Of a DNA stretch of 64,000 nt, positions 30,478 to 40,248 are shown piece by piece. Made by a program: the position numbers and the translations under genes. Location: the NCBI GenBank assembly GCA_023522315.1, contig JAHCSU010000412.1, forward strand, positions 244 through 64,243. The letters run 5' to 3'. Below the pieces are notes generated by a model that saw nothing but the letters and a program-made list of their open reading frames with translations, had not been told where the DNA came from and ran no database searches. Position 1 is the first letter of the stretch. Every line of letters begins with the position of its first letter. The DNA comes from Nostoc sp. CCCryo 231-06 (lineage in GTDB: Bacteria; Cyanobacteriota; Cyanobacteriia; Cyanobacteriales; Nostocaceae).

Positions 30478-31182
30478 ATGGAAGATCGATATAGCTTGCA
30501 AGCACAGGCTAATTCCTGGATGATCACGTCGTCGGCTCCCTTTTTTCAAGGGTTGCCAGAAACTGCTGTAGAATCAGCCCTCATGCATCTTGTTACCCGT
30601 ACTCACCCAGCCAATCAGGTAATTCTGCTGGAAAATGACTGGGGCGGTTCTGTGTATTTTATTCTAGACGGATGGGTAAAAATTCGCACCTACAATCTGG
30701 AAGGAAAAGAGATAACGCTGAATATTCTTGGCAAAGGGGAATTGTTTGGTGAAATGGCGGCGCTAGATGAAGTGCCTCGCTCCACAGATGTGATTACCTT
30801 GGCCCCGACGGTAATTGGTAGTATGCCTGCTCAGGATTTTGTCAAGTTACTTCAGAGAGAACCCTTAGCGGGAGTTCGATTGGCGCAACTAATGGCACGA
30901 CGTTTGCGGCAAGTAAATCGCCGATTGCGGTTGCGGGAATCTGATAGCCAGTCACGGGTGGCAGATACGTTGGTTTTTTTGGCAGAAGGACAGGGAAAAA
31001 AAGGGCAAGCAGGAACTGAAATCCCCAATTTACCTCATCGGGAATTGAGTAGTTTGAGCGGACTGGCGCGAGAAACTGTGACAAGAGTGTTGACAAGGCT
31101 AGAAAAAAAAGGCTTGATTAAACGGGATCAAGACACTATTTGTATTCCCGATTTGTCAGCCTTAGAAAGAATGATAGTTTAA
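30478..31182 (+). CDS. crp: cAMP receptor protein (Crp/Fnr family)
   Basis: cNMP pocket FGEMAALDEVPRST; HTH LSGLARETVTRVL matching the CRP RET..R helix. Start 30478 is an inference (track 30445). Confidence 0.85.
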   Translation: MEDRYSLQAQANSWMITSSAPFFQGLPETAVESALMHLVTRTHPANQVILLENDWGGSVYFILDGWVKIRTYNLEGKEITLNILGKGELFGEMAALDEVPRSTDVITLAPTVIGSMPAQDFVKLLQREPLAGVRLAQLMARRLRQVNRRLRLRESDSQSRVADTLVFLAEGQGKKGQAGTEIPNLPHRELSSLSGLARETVTRVLTRLEKKGLIKRDQDTICIPDLSALERMIV

Positions 31183-31195
31183 AAACTTGTCAGAT

Positions 31196-31936
31196 ATGAG
31201 TATTTTAGATTCTCTGCCAGATGAGCCGGAGAAAAATCCATCCCCTGAGTCTCCAACTCCCCACAATCATTGGTTAGACAAAGAACAGCAGTTAATGCCT
31301 CCTCAACTCAAGGCTGATGCGCCATTGAGGATGGTGGAAACGGCGTTTTTAGCCAGTGCCGCTAGTTTAATTTGGTTTATTAATTTCTACTTTCCCTTAG
31401 GCCCAGTTTTGCGGATATTTTTTCCGATACCGATCGCTCTAGTTTATCTGCGTTGGGGCAGGCGTGCGGCATGGATGGCAGCACTCACCTCCGGGTTACT
31501 GCTGACGGTACTGATGGGGCCAGCCCGCAGTTTGCTGTTTGTCATGCCCTATGCGTTCATGGGCGTGCTTTTAGGAGCGACGTGGTATCGTCGTCGTGTT
31601 CCCTGGATTGTTTCTATCAGCTTGGGTACGCTGTTGGGTACTTTAGGAGTCTTTTTTCGGCTGTGGTTGCTGTCTGTGTTGTCAGGTGAAGACCTGTGGA
31701 TTTATGTAATTACCCAGGTGACAGAGTTCATAGAGTGGGTATTTTTTAACTTGAGTTTGTTGACGAGTCCCAGTGTGTTTTTGATTCAAGTGGGAGCGAT
31801 CGCTCTAATTTTACTCAACAACTTTATCTACCTTTTTGTGGTACACCTAGCATCATGGTTTCTTTTTGACCGCCTGGGCAACCCTATTCCCCCTCCACCA
31901 CGCTGGGTACAAGTCCTCATGGATTATGAAGGATAG
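31196..31936 (+). CDS. DUF2232 membrane protein
   Basis: MVETAFLAS, FPIPIALVYLRWG, multiple TM segments, GNPIPPPPRWV. Confidence 0.8.
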   Translation: MSILDSLPDEPEKNPSPESPTPHNHWLDKEQQLMPPQLKADAPLRMVETAFLASAASLIWFINFYFPLGPVLRIFFPIPIALVYLRWGRRAAWMAALTSGLLLTVLMGPARSLLFVMPYAFMGVLLGATWYRRRVPWIVSISLGTLLGTLGVFFRLWLLSVLSGEDLWIYVITQVTEFIEWVFFNLSLLTSPSVFLIQVGAIALILLNNFIYLFVVHLASWFLFDRLGNPIPPPPRWVQVLMDYEG

Positions 31937-32006
31937 TCATTAGTCATTAGTCTTTGGTTAAATGATAAGTCCTAACTAATACCCAATTCCCAATGCCCAA
32001 TTCCCA

Positions 32007-33236
32007 ATGCCCAATTCCCAAATTCGCATTTATACGCAAAAAGAACAGGGTGAAGAATGGCTACAACGATATCGTGGCTGTCTACCCGTATTTGCCTGTG
32101 TTTTAGGATTTACTGAAACTGGTTTAATTCCAGGTATTTCAGCAGCCGGTCGCACTCCAGAGGATCGGAAATATACTGCGTGTGCCGATGCCGAGTTTTT
32201 GTACTATGGCCCGGAACATAAAGCCCAATATCCCCTACCACCATTAACGGCTGGGGCTTCACCTGTGCTGATTTCCCGCGCTGTCTTTGAGTCACTAAAG
32301 ATACCAGTTCATTTGTTTAATGCTGGTTTACCCCAGCCTCCTGCTGTGCCAGTAATTGATTTAGGTGGCAGAACTGCTCAGTGTTTAAGTGGTGGTGCTG
32401 CTATGGAAATCACAACGGTACACCACTTGTTTAAACAAGGGCTACTTTGGGGAGAACGCCTTGCTGCCAATAACCAACATAAGTATGTGATTCTCGGTGA
32501 ATGCGTCGTTGGAGGCACTACAACTGCCCTGGCAATCTTAACTGGTTTGGGTATAGATGCTGCCGGAAAAGTTAACAGTAGCCACCCTGTTTGTAACCAC
32601 GCGCAAAAGTGGGCATTAGTGCAAACTGGGCTGGAGAAGATGAGGGGGAGCAGGGAGCAGGCTTGCCGTGAGCGTAGCCGAACGGGAGCAGGGGGAGAAA
32701 ATTTTACTTTGTCCTCCTCATCCTCCTCATCCTCCTCATCTTCCCCAGTTAACCCCTTGCAACTCGTCGCAGCTGTGGGTGATCCGATGCAAGTGGTGGT
32801 AGCTGGGATGGCGATCGCTGCTAGTCGGAGTTGTGGTGTAATGCTCGCTGGTGGGACGCAAATGCTGGCGGTTTATGCGCTGATCAGTGCGATCGCTCAA
32901 GCTTACGCCTTATCATGGCAACCAGAAGAAGTAGTTGTAGGCACAACTCGCTGGGTGGCAGAAGATCCTACTGGCGCTACAGTTGACTTAGCCCTCAGCT
33001 TAGAAAAAGCCAGCTTAACTCAGAGTGGAAGAACCCCTCCCCTATTAGCAACTCATCTAAGCTTTGCTCATTCTCGTTATCCCCAACTCAGAGCTTATGA
33101 GCAGGGCTTTGTAAAAGAAGGTATGGGCGCTGGAGCAGCTTGTATAGCCGCCCATCTTAGCCAAAATTGGCAGCAACACCAGCTTTTGGCAGCCATTGAA
33201 GCCCAACTTGAACGGCTAAGTACAGCATTTCATTAA
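32007..33236 (+). CDS. cobT: Nicotinate-nucleotide:dimethylbenzimidazole phosphoribosyltransferase-related (TIGR00303-type)
   Basis: IPGISAAG, GECVVGGTTTA, GDPMQ, LAGGTQM, GFVKEGMGAG; carries a repeat-derived insert (REQACRERSRTG...poly-Ser). Confidence 0.85.
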   Translation: MPNSQIRIYTQKEQGEEWLQRYRGCLPVFACVLGFTETGLIPGISAAGRTPEDRKYTACADAEFLYYGPEHKAQYPLPPLTAGASPVLISRAVFESLKIPVHLFNAGLPQPPAVPVIDLGGRTAQCLSGGAAMEITTVHHLFKQGLLWGERLAANNQHKYVILGECVVGGTTTALAILTGLGIDAAGKVNSSHPVCNHAQKWALVQTGLEKMRGSREQACRERSRTGAGGENFTLSSSSSSSSSSSPVNPLQLVAAVGDPMQVVVAGMAIAASRSCGVMLAGGTQMLAVYALISAIAQAYALSWQPEEVVVGTTRWVAEDPTGATVDLALSLEKASLTQSGRTPPLLATHLSFAHSRYPQLRAYEQGFVKEGMGAGAACIAAHLSQNWQQHQLLAAIEAQLERLSTAFH

Positions 33237-33532
33237 TTGATAGCTAATGAAATTCGGCAAGACTCTGCGCCCCACCAAAGTTATAGGCGGAGGTTTCCTT
33301 TGCTCATACCTCTCTCTCTACGTTTAAAAGCGCTACAATCTTACGCAAACCTTTACTTAGGCAAATCAACAGTTAATAATCTAATCGTTATTCAAATTGC
33401 ATCTGCGTGTTTCACGAACTTTTGCTCTCAGGAAGCCAGAAACTCCTGACTTCTCTGTGCGTAAGAGTGTCTTTCTAGCAATTTGAACTATGCAACTTTG
33501 TTTACCTTCTTGTTTTTTAGGAGAATTATCTG

Positions 33533-34129
33533 ATGAAATTAGTAAAAAAGCTTGGTATTGCTACCGCTAGTGCTGTTATCAGTATCACTGGTGTCGGTGC
33601 ATCTTCTACGGCACAAGCTGTACAGCTATTTGATTTTCAATACTCTTTTCCCAGTTATGAAGCAAATGGTACAGGGATTTCCGCTAGCGGCACTCTTACC
33701 ACCACCGATTTAGATCCTATAAAAAACAATTACACAATCACAGGAATAACTGGAACAAGGACAATTCAAGGAATTTCCGAGACAATTATTGGCATACTCT
33801 CAGCAGGTACATACGGAATCAATGATAATCTGTTGAATGCGAGTACGCCGATGTTAAGCCAGAACGGTTTTTCTTACCTGGTTTCTGGAAGCGGAGAAGA
33901 CAGAAATGGAAACGTTAACGTATTCTATAGTAGTTTCAATGAAGGTTATTCAGAGCTTTCAAGCGATGTAGATTATGGCAGCTTTAGTGTCGTACCACGT
34001 CCTGTTCCCGAACCCTACACAGTAAGTGGTTCATTGGTTGCTCTTGGTTTTGGCTGGTGGATGAAGCGAAAGCAAGCAGTAGCTTCCCAGAAGAAGCCCC
34101 ATAAAAATATCTATCTGTTAGATTCATAG
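33533..34129 (+). CDS. PEP-CTERM sorting domain protein
   Basis: Signal peptide; C-terminal VPEP + hydrophobic helix + KRK. Confidence 0.85.
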   Translation: MKLVKKLGIATASAVISITGVGASSTAQAVQLFDFQYSFPSYEANGTGISASGTLTTTDLDPIKNNYTITGITGTRTIQGISETIIGILSAGTYGINDNLLNASTPMLSQNGFSYLVSGSGEDRNGNVNVFYSSFNEGYSELSSDVDYGSFSVVPRPVPEPYTVSGSLVALGFGWWMKRKQAVASQKKPHKNIYLLDS

Positions 34130-34196
34130 TGCATCTGCGTGCATCTGCGATCTAGATTGCATTAAAATGTGCCTGCCATCTTACTTTTACTTAAAG

Positions 34197-34242
34197 TAAT
34201 ACCAAGTCGCCTTCATGATCCATCACTAGACGACTTGGTATT
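34197..34242. terminator. Hairpin between convergent genes (possible bidirectional terminator)
   Basis: AATACCAAGTCG...CGACTTGGTATT inverted repeat. Confidence 0.45.
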
Positions 34243-34269
34243 AACATAGGATATCAGCCGTAACTAAAA

Positions 34270-36354
34270 TTAAAAACTTCCAGGATTGTCATCAAGTGCT
34301 AGCAAGAAATTAATCAGGTCTGTTTGCTGGTTGGAATTAAACCCAGCCTGTCTATCTACGTAGAAATAATGACCAGTGCCATCAAGGTTACTACGCACTA
34401 AACTAGGGTTAGCTTTGTTAGCTTTCACAACTTTTGCACGAAGATCGCGATCAACCAAGGCACGCAAGCTGCTAGCTGGATCGGCAGGTATACCTTGACT
34501 GAGAGTGCCAGAAAGCCCTAAGCCAGTCTTGTCAACAACCGCGATCGCATTTGAGTCAACTTTCAGGCTTCCTGCTCGTACTGCTGCACCACCATCATGC
34601 AAATATGGTGCGCTTAAATAAAGACCACGCAAGGAAGTAGTTTTGTAACCGCCTTTTGGCAATATACCTTTGGGTAGAGTTGTGGGAGTATCGGAGATAC
34701 CCTGCGTTGGTACATCCAGGACTTCAGCCTTAGCAGGTATGGGAACGGGAGTGTTGAAAGTGTATAACTTGGGTGGTACTAACAAATTACTCAGCCCCAA
34801 GCGAGACTGGGCACGAGCAGGGTTAGTACGAATTTCATCAATTGGATGAATTTTGTTGTCAGTGAAGAATGGTGGAATATGGCAAGTTGCACAATTGGCT
34901 TTCTCAAATATTTTTGCGCCACGCTTAACAGAATTGCTGTTTAACGCTTGCCAGTTTTCTGAAGTCTGGTTGGCAGGTGGTACTAAGCTATTTTGAAAAG
35001 CAGACATGGCGTTGTTAGCAAATAAGAAAGGGCCACTGGCAATATCACCAGGCTTTCCAGTATTTGGGCTGAAAACTAAACCGTTGTAAGTAAATAAACT
35101 GGGACGCAGGTTTGGGTAAGTTCCTGTGCCAGGAGCAGAAATTTGGTCTTCTAATTCTGCTTGTGTAGGATTCGGTGCAAGCTTCCGCAGCCACTGTGAG
35201 GGTTTTACTGGAAGTCCTTCTGGTAAACGGAGGCTGGGAACGGCAGCATTTTGCAGTAATGTACCAATATAAACTTCTGGGTCAATGCCAAGGGTTTCTG
35301 AACTGATTTGAGCGGCTGCGAACAGATTGATTTCCGAGGAGTGAACAGCGTTGTTAACAGCGCTGAGTCCTGCAAACGGGCCCACAGCAAACTGTCCATC
35401 AGCTAAATAAGGATGATCTTTAAAGGTGAAAACACTAGGGATTTGAGTAGTGTTTCTAATCCCATCCGGTGAACTCTCGAAATTACCGAAAGGTACATCT
35501 AAAACAGCATCATCGAAAGCTTTTTCAAACTTTTCAGGATCAGGTAATTGTACTTTATTACCTTTACTGTCAATAATAGTCTTACCATTGCCTTTGTATT
35601 GTGGGTCTAGAGGGTTAAAGTTTAACCGTGTAAACCCTGCGGCCGTATTTGGTGATAAGGCAATCAAAAGCGGGATGGCAAGTTCACCGTTAGGTACTCC
35701 TGTAAGGATTTTGCCATCCCTAGAAAGGGTTGCATGACAGATTGCACAGGTAATGTCGCCGTTAGGTGCGTTTCCTAGTGCGACAACTTGTCCCTGTTGA
35801 ATTTTTAAACCTGTAGGAATAACAGTCCCTTTGGGAAAAGTTCGACTACCTATAGTTAAATCCTTCTGGAGGGTAATTTTTAGGTTTGTCGTTGATTGTC
35901 CGTGCAAATTAGCGATCGCTGCACCTATTTCATCTGATAGGATATTAAATCCTTGTCCAAAACCAAATACCCCTTGTAAACCAAATCTGTCGCCAATCTT
36001 GCGATTTAAGAATATATCTTCACCTTGGGCGATTAATTCTTTAGTAATTTTAACTGCCCCTACCCGTTGATAGGAAATGGGGTCATTAGGATTGAGTCCC
36101 TTATTTGCAACTAGTTGTGATGCTTCTTGAGGGCTAAGTAGTTTGCCGAAATAGTCGTAATAGCCTAGCGGTTGAGTAGGAGCAGGTTGCAAAAGGTCAA
36201 TCTTAGCTAAAGCTGTCTGGCTTGTCATCAACCAATTTGATAACAAGATGCCAAAAACACTAATGATAAAAACGCAGATTAATAAGAAAAGCTTGGTTTT
36301 TGAACCATACAATACCCTAATAGCACCAGCATTAGGATTGTTTTTTTGTTTCAT
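34270..36354 (-). CDS. Exported di-heme c-type cytochrome (cytochrome c peroxidase / RoxA-like superfamily)
   Basis: N-terminal TM/signal segment; CxxCH motifs CAICH and CATCH; YKTTSLRGLYLSAPYLHDG; terminal DLINFLLAL. Confidence 0.75.
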   Translation of the reverse strand: MKQKNNPNAGAIRVLYGSKTKLFLLICVFIISVFGILLSNWLMTSQTALAKIDLLQPAPTQPLGYYDYFGKLLSPQEASQLVANKGLNPNDPISYQRVGAVKITKELIAQGEDIFLNRKIGDRFGLQGVFGFGQGFNILSDEIGAAIANLHGQSTTNLKITLQKDLTIGSRTFPKGTVIPTGLKIQQGQVVALGNAPNGDITCAICHATLSRDGKILTGVPNGELAIPLLIALSPNTAAGFTRLNFNPLDPQYKGNGKTIIDSKGNKVQLPDPEKFEKAFDDAVLDVPFGNFESSPDGIRNTTQIPSVFTFKDHPYLADGQFAVGPFAGLSAVNNAVHSSEINLFAAAQISSETLGIDPEVYIGTLLQNAAVPSLRLPEGLPVKPSQWLRKLAPNPTQAELEDQISAPGTGTYPNLRPSLFTYNGLVFSPNTGKPGDIASGPFLFANNAMSAFQNSLVPPANQTSENWQALNSNSVKRGAKIFEKANCATCHIPPFFTDNKIHPIDEIRTNPARAQSRLGLSNLLVPPKLYTFNTPVPIPAKAEVLDVPTQGISDTPTTLPKGILPKGGYKTTSLRGLYLSAPYLHDGGAAVRAGSLKVDSNAIAVVDKTGLGLSGTLSQGIPADPASSLRALVDRDLRAKVVKANKANPSLVRSNLDGTGHYFYVDRQAGFNSNQQTDLINFLLALDDNPGSF

Positions 36355-36700
36355 AGTGAGGTACTCACTAAAATCTATAACGTAGATATATCATACTCTT
36401 ACGTAAATATATGTAATAATGTGTTTAAGTTTTTTATCAATTTTATGACTGGATTAGTTGCTTATACTTATAAATATATAAACCTATCCTACTAATAATA
36501 TTTATTGCTAAAAAGCTTAAGCTTATTGAGAACTAAAAACAAAAAATTAAGGTTTTCAAGCACATTTTACGAAAAGAAGTAGGGATTTTTAGAATAGTGG
36601 GATAGGTTCATGGACATAAAGCCATGATTTGACATTGAACCTAAAGGCTTGGCTTCCCTACCTCCAGCCATTTTTTTAATTCGTTGAACTCAGGTTAAAT

Positions 36701-37069
36701 TTAATGGATTCTCTCTCTGAGTAATTGTTCTTCCAAGGCAGCAATGCGATTGTATGCTGCTGTTAATTGCGCTGTCAGTCGTTGTATTTGAATTTCTGGT
36801 GTTATGTTATCTCCGCCTTGACGATGCATGTCTAGATAAATGCCATCTGTCAATACATCCTTGTGTTCCATTTCTGGATTTAAATTGTTACGTCTGAACT
36901 GGTAGCCACCAGCTGCGCCATTTTCCTGATAATTATGCTTTGCTTGTGTATTCGCTAAAGAACACTCTGAGAAAGCTTGAGTGACTTTACCATCAAGCTG
37001 CTCAATCACTTGGCAGAGGGCATCTAGTTTTTCGCTTAAAGTCAGGATTTGCTTCTGTAATGGCTCCAT
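36701..37069 (-). CDS. Small coiled-coil hypothetical protein
   Basis: Heptad-rich termini; QIQRLTAQLTAAYNRIAALEEQLL. Confidence 0.7.
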   Translation of the reverse strand: MEPLQKQILTLSEKLDALCQVIEQLDGKVTQAFSECSLANTQAKHNYQENGAAGGYQFRRNNLNPEMEHKDVLTDGIYLDMHRQGGDNITPEIQIQRLTAQLTAAYNRIAALEEQLLRERIH

Positions 37070-37425
37070 TTAATACCCTCATCCGTACATTTTCTTTATG
37101 TTATTCAATTTACTCTCAATGTTAACTATACTTAGGGATTATTTAAGTATTAATAATTTTTGGTGCAAATGTGACATTTAAATCATTAATTCTAAATATA
37201 AGTAAAGTTTGATCATAAGTACTAATGAGGAAATTTATGGATAAAAATTAATCTTTAGGTAGTTATTTGCCCAAAAAGGCGCTATTTTGAGTTAAATAGT
37301 CCAAATTGCCGCTATTAACGAGGAAAAATACCGCAAATTTTCTAACTAGACTTTTTCAGTTAGTCAGCCTCTGGTGAATCTCTGCTTAATATTAGGTATA
37401 ATCAAAAATCTCAAATCCAAAATCA

Positions 37426-38607
37426 ATGGATCGACGGTCTTTTTTGCTAGGTACAAGTACACTGGCACTTTCACAACTGCTTTTTGGCTGTGGTGGAAAC
37501 AACCAGGCGCAACTAAAAGTACAGTTATTAAAAGGTTCTATACCTGGTCAGGTGGTTAATCAGTTCCGCAAAGGTTTGCAGCAACAGGTGCAGTTAAAGT
37601 TTGCTCCAGTCGAGCAGATACAAGATTTATTTCAGCAATTACAAAATTGGCAGCAGAAACCAAAAGCCACCGATGAGCAGGGATGGAGACGCTTTATACC
37701 CTTTAGGCAAGGTCAAAAAACGGTTGATGCAGACCTAGTAACATTGGGAGATTACTGGCTACAAGCAGCTATTGAGCAGAAACTGATTCAACCACTTCAA
37801 GAGGTACAGGGAAACCAATTAAAGCAGTGGTCTACTTTAGATGAAAGGTGGAAACAACTGGTAACGCGCAACGACCAAGGTAACTTGGATACTCAAGGGA
37901 AGGTGTGGGGTGCGCCTTATCGGTGGGGTAGCACAGTGATTGTTTATAACCGTGACAAGTTGCAAAAATTGGGATGGACGCCCAAAGATTGGAGTGATTT
38001 GTGGCGAGATGGAGTGCAGCAGCACATTTCCGTACTTAATCAACCACGAGAAGTTATTGGTTTGGTTTTAAAGAAGCTAGGAAAATCTTATAATACAGAG
38101 AATCTTGACCAAGTACCAGACTTGGAAAAGGAATTACAGACATTAAACCAACAGGTAAAGTTCTACAGTTCCAATAACTACTTAGAACCTCTTATTATGG
38201 GAGATACTTGGCTAGCGGTTGGTTGGTCAAGCGATGTATTGCCAGTTCTGGGACGTTATCCGCAACTTGGTGCAGTTATTCCCCAGTCAGGAACAGCAAT
38301 CTGGGCAGATTTGTGGGTACGTCCCGCAGGTATTACTACTAAGGGTACTTTATCAGATCAATGGATTGACTTTTGTTGGCAACCAAGCACAGCTAAACAA
38401 ATTTCGGTGCTGACCAAAAGTAATTCGCCAATTTCTACAAATATTGCCGCTTCCGATATCCAAGAAGCATTACGGAGTATTTTACAGAGCGATGTTTACG
38501 ACGGGCTACGCCTACGCGAAGTTTTTGATAAAAGCGAATTTTTGCTTCCCTTACCCCCATCAGCAATAAAACAATATGAGTCTTTATTCGCCAAAATTAA
38601 GGTTTAA
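37426..38607 (+). CDS. Polyamine (PotD/PotF-like) ABC substrate-binding lipoprotein with a 7-aa SDR insert
   Basis: DRRSFLLG (Tat-like) and LFGC lipobox; PYRWGSTVIVYN, WLAVGWS, PQSGTAIWADLW. Confidence 0.8.
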   Translation: MDRRSFLLGTSTLALSQLLFGCGGNNQAQLKVQLLKGSIPGQVVNQFRKGLQQQVQLKFAPVEQIQDLFQQLQNWQQKPKATDEQGWRRFIPFRQGQKTVDADLVTLGDYWLQAAIEQKLIQPLQEVQGNQLKQWSTLDERWKQLVTRNDQGNLDTQGKVWGAPYRWGSTVIVYNRDKLQKLGWTPKDWSDLWRDGVQQHISVLNQPREVIGLVLKKLGKSYNTENLDQVPDLEKELQTLNQQVKFYSSNNYLEPLIMGDTWLAVGWSSDVLPVLGRYPQLGAVIPQSGTAIWADLWVRPAGITTKGTLSDQWIDFCWQPSTAKQISVLTKSNSPISTNIAASDIQEALRSILQSDVYDGLRLREVFDKSEFLLPLPPSAIKQYESLFAKIKV

Positions 38608-38697
38608 TAGGGAATTGGGAATTGGGCATGGGGCATTGGTCAATAATTAATAGTTATTCTTCCCCTGCTTCCCCTGCTTACCCTGCCCCCTAAATTA

Positions 38698-39246
38698 TTA
38701 GAGTGAACGGTGTAACCCTATCTTGTTCTTAACACTCGTTTGGATACTGCATAAAGCTGGACTTGTACTAAAGTTGCAAGTGTAGGTTGCTAAGGGTTCT
38801 TTTTGATAGTTAAATACCCGGACGTTGTAACCAAAGTTACGTGCAGCGCTACCCAAGCGATTTACGAAGTCGTAGCGCTGTATAGAGTCTAGTAAGCTCC
38901 AAATTTGCTGATTCACGATCAAGTCTACTCGTGCAGGTTCTTTTTCAGAAGGTGGATATGCTATCCAATTATCCAATAGCTTTGTCTCAGAGTTTTGTTG
39001 TGCCCACCATAAACTGGGAACGGTTAATCGTTCTGGGTTTATGGTGTTAGCTGTGATTACATAGTCTTTTGGCTTGGTCAATAAGTCTAGTTCCAGAGGC
39101 GCATTAGAAGGCGATGGTATTGGGGGGGTTTGCGCTAGCGAGGGCGGGACTAGTAAAGTGGTGAGGCTAATGGTTAGTAATAATGAAAATAATCTCTGGC
39201 GTTGGCTACGCCCGCCGCAGGCATCGCACAATTTAGGTGTATGCAT
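38698..39246 (-). CDS. Hypothetical exported protein
   Basis: 182-aa ORF with hydrophobic signal; the N-terminus contains an SDR5 insert. Confidence 0.65.
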   Translation of the reverse strand: MHTPKLCDACGGRSQRQRLFSLLLTISLTTLLVPPSLAQTPPIPSPSNAPLELDLLTKPKDYVITANTINPERLTVPSLWWAQQNSETKLLDNWIAYPPSEKEPARVDLIVNQQIWSLLDSIQRYDFVNRLGSAARNFGYNVRVFNYQKEPLATYTCNFSTSPALCSIQTSVKNKIGLHRSL

Positions 39247-39384
39247 AGCTAATTCCTAATTCGTAATTCGTAATGACGCTCTCTACGAGACGCTAAAAGC
39301 GTAGCTTGCTTCTCTGTAAGAGTACGCGGACTCGCTTTCTCGTGTCGCTAAGGTAATTAAGGCATAAGTCAAAATTCGCACAAT

Positions 39385-40176
39385 TTAAAGTTTAATGGCA
39401 ACGATGCGAATTCTTCGATAGTCTGCTGTCCAAGTTCCTTGTTGATATAGCATCGGCTTGAGATATTCCTCCACGACGCGAATTATTTGTATTTGTTGCT
39501 CACTAGAAAGCCCTGCTAAAAAACTACTAGCGAACATCTGAATCCAGTTTGCCATACCTGCTTCTCCTTCTGCTAAAGGAGTTGGACGAGCAAAAAGCAT
39601 GGCATGAATAACATCAAAGCCTTGATGTTCTAGTAAGGTGGCGTATTCACCAATACTAGGGAAATACCACGGATTTAGGGCTTGTGTGGGGATATTAATT
39701 GCTTCTAAGGCGTTTTCTAAAGCTGTGGCGATCGCTTGCACATTTCCTTTACCACCAAATTCTGCCACAAAAAGTCCTCCGGGTTTTAGGGATTGATGGA
39801 TGGAAGCGATGCCTGCGGCGGTAAACTACGCACTATCTGCTTCTTTCACCCAATGTAGTGCAGCGTTGGAAAATACAGCATCCAATGGCTTGTCTACGTG
39901 AAAGTTCGTAGCATCGGCAACATCAAAGCGGATATGAGGATAGTTTTGTCTGGCCTTTTCTATCATCGTGGATGCATAATCAACTCCCATTACTTCAGCC
40001 CCAACTTGGGCAATTTTTTCTGTGAGTTGTCCAGTACCACAGCCGAGATCCAAAATCGATTCTCCTGGCTGAGGGTTGAGTAATTGCAATAAGTCTTCGC
40101 CATACTGCCAGACAAAGGCGTGTTTATCTTCGTAAAGGACAGCATTCCAATTATTAATTGTCGAAATATTATTCAT
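39385..40176 (-). pseudogene. Class I SAM methyltransferase (Tam-like) split by an 18-nt HIP1 insert carrying an in-frame TAG
   Basis: ILDLGCGTG, FSNAALHWV, then GCG[TAGTTTACCGCCGCAGGC]ATCGCT; the frame resumes ASIHQSLKPGG...AEFGGKGNV. Confidence 0.85.
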
Positions 40177-40196
40177 AACGTAGGATTTTTCAATGT

Positions 40197-40225
40197 GTAG
40201 AGACGTTGCAATGCAACGTCTCTAC
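40197..40225. repeat. GTAG-type REP-like palindrome
   Basis: GTAGAGACGTTGCA-A-TGCAACGTCTCTAC; relatives at 55146-55172 and 56826-56853. Confidence 0.75.
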
Positions 40226-40248
40226 ATTAAACTACAGCGATTGATGGT

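Noticed and set aside
36382-36396. NtcA box upstream of the di-heme gene
   Set aside because: Spacing is GTA-N9-TAC, not the required GTA-N8-TAC.
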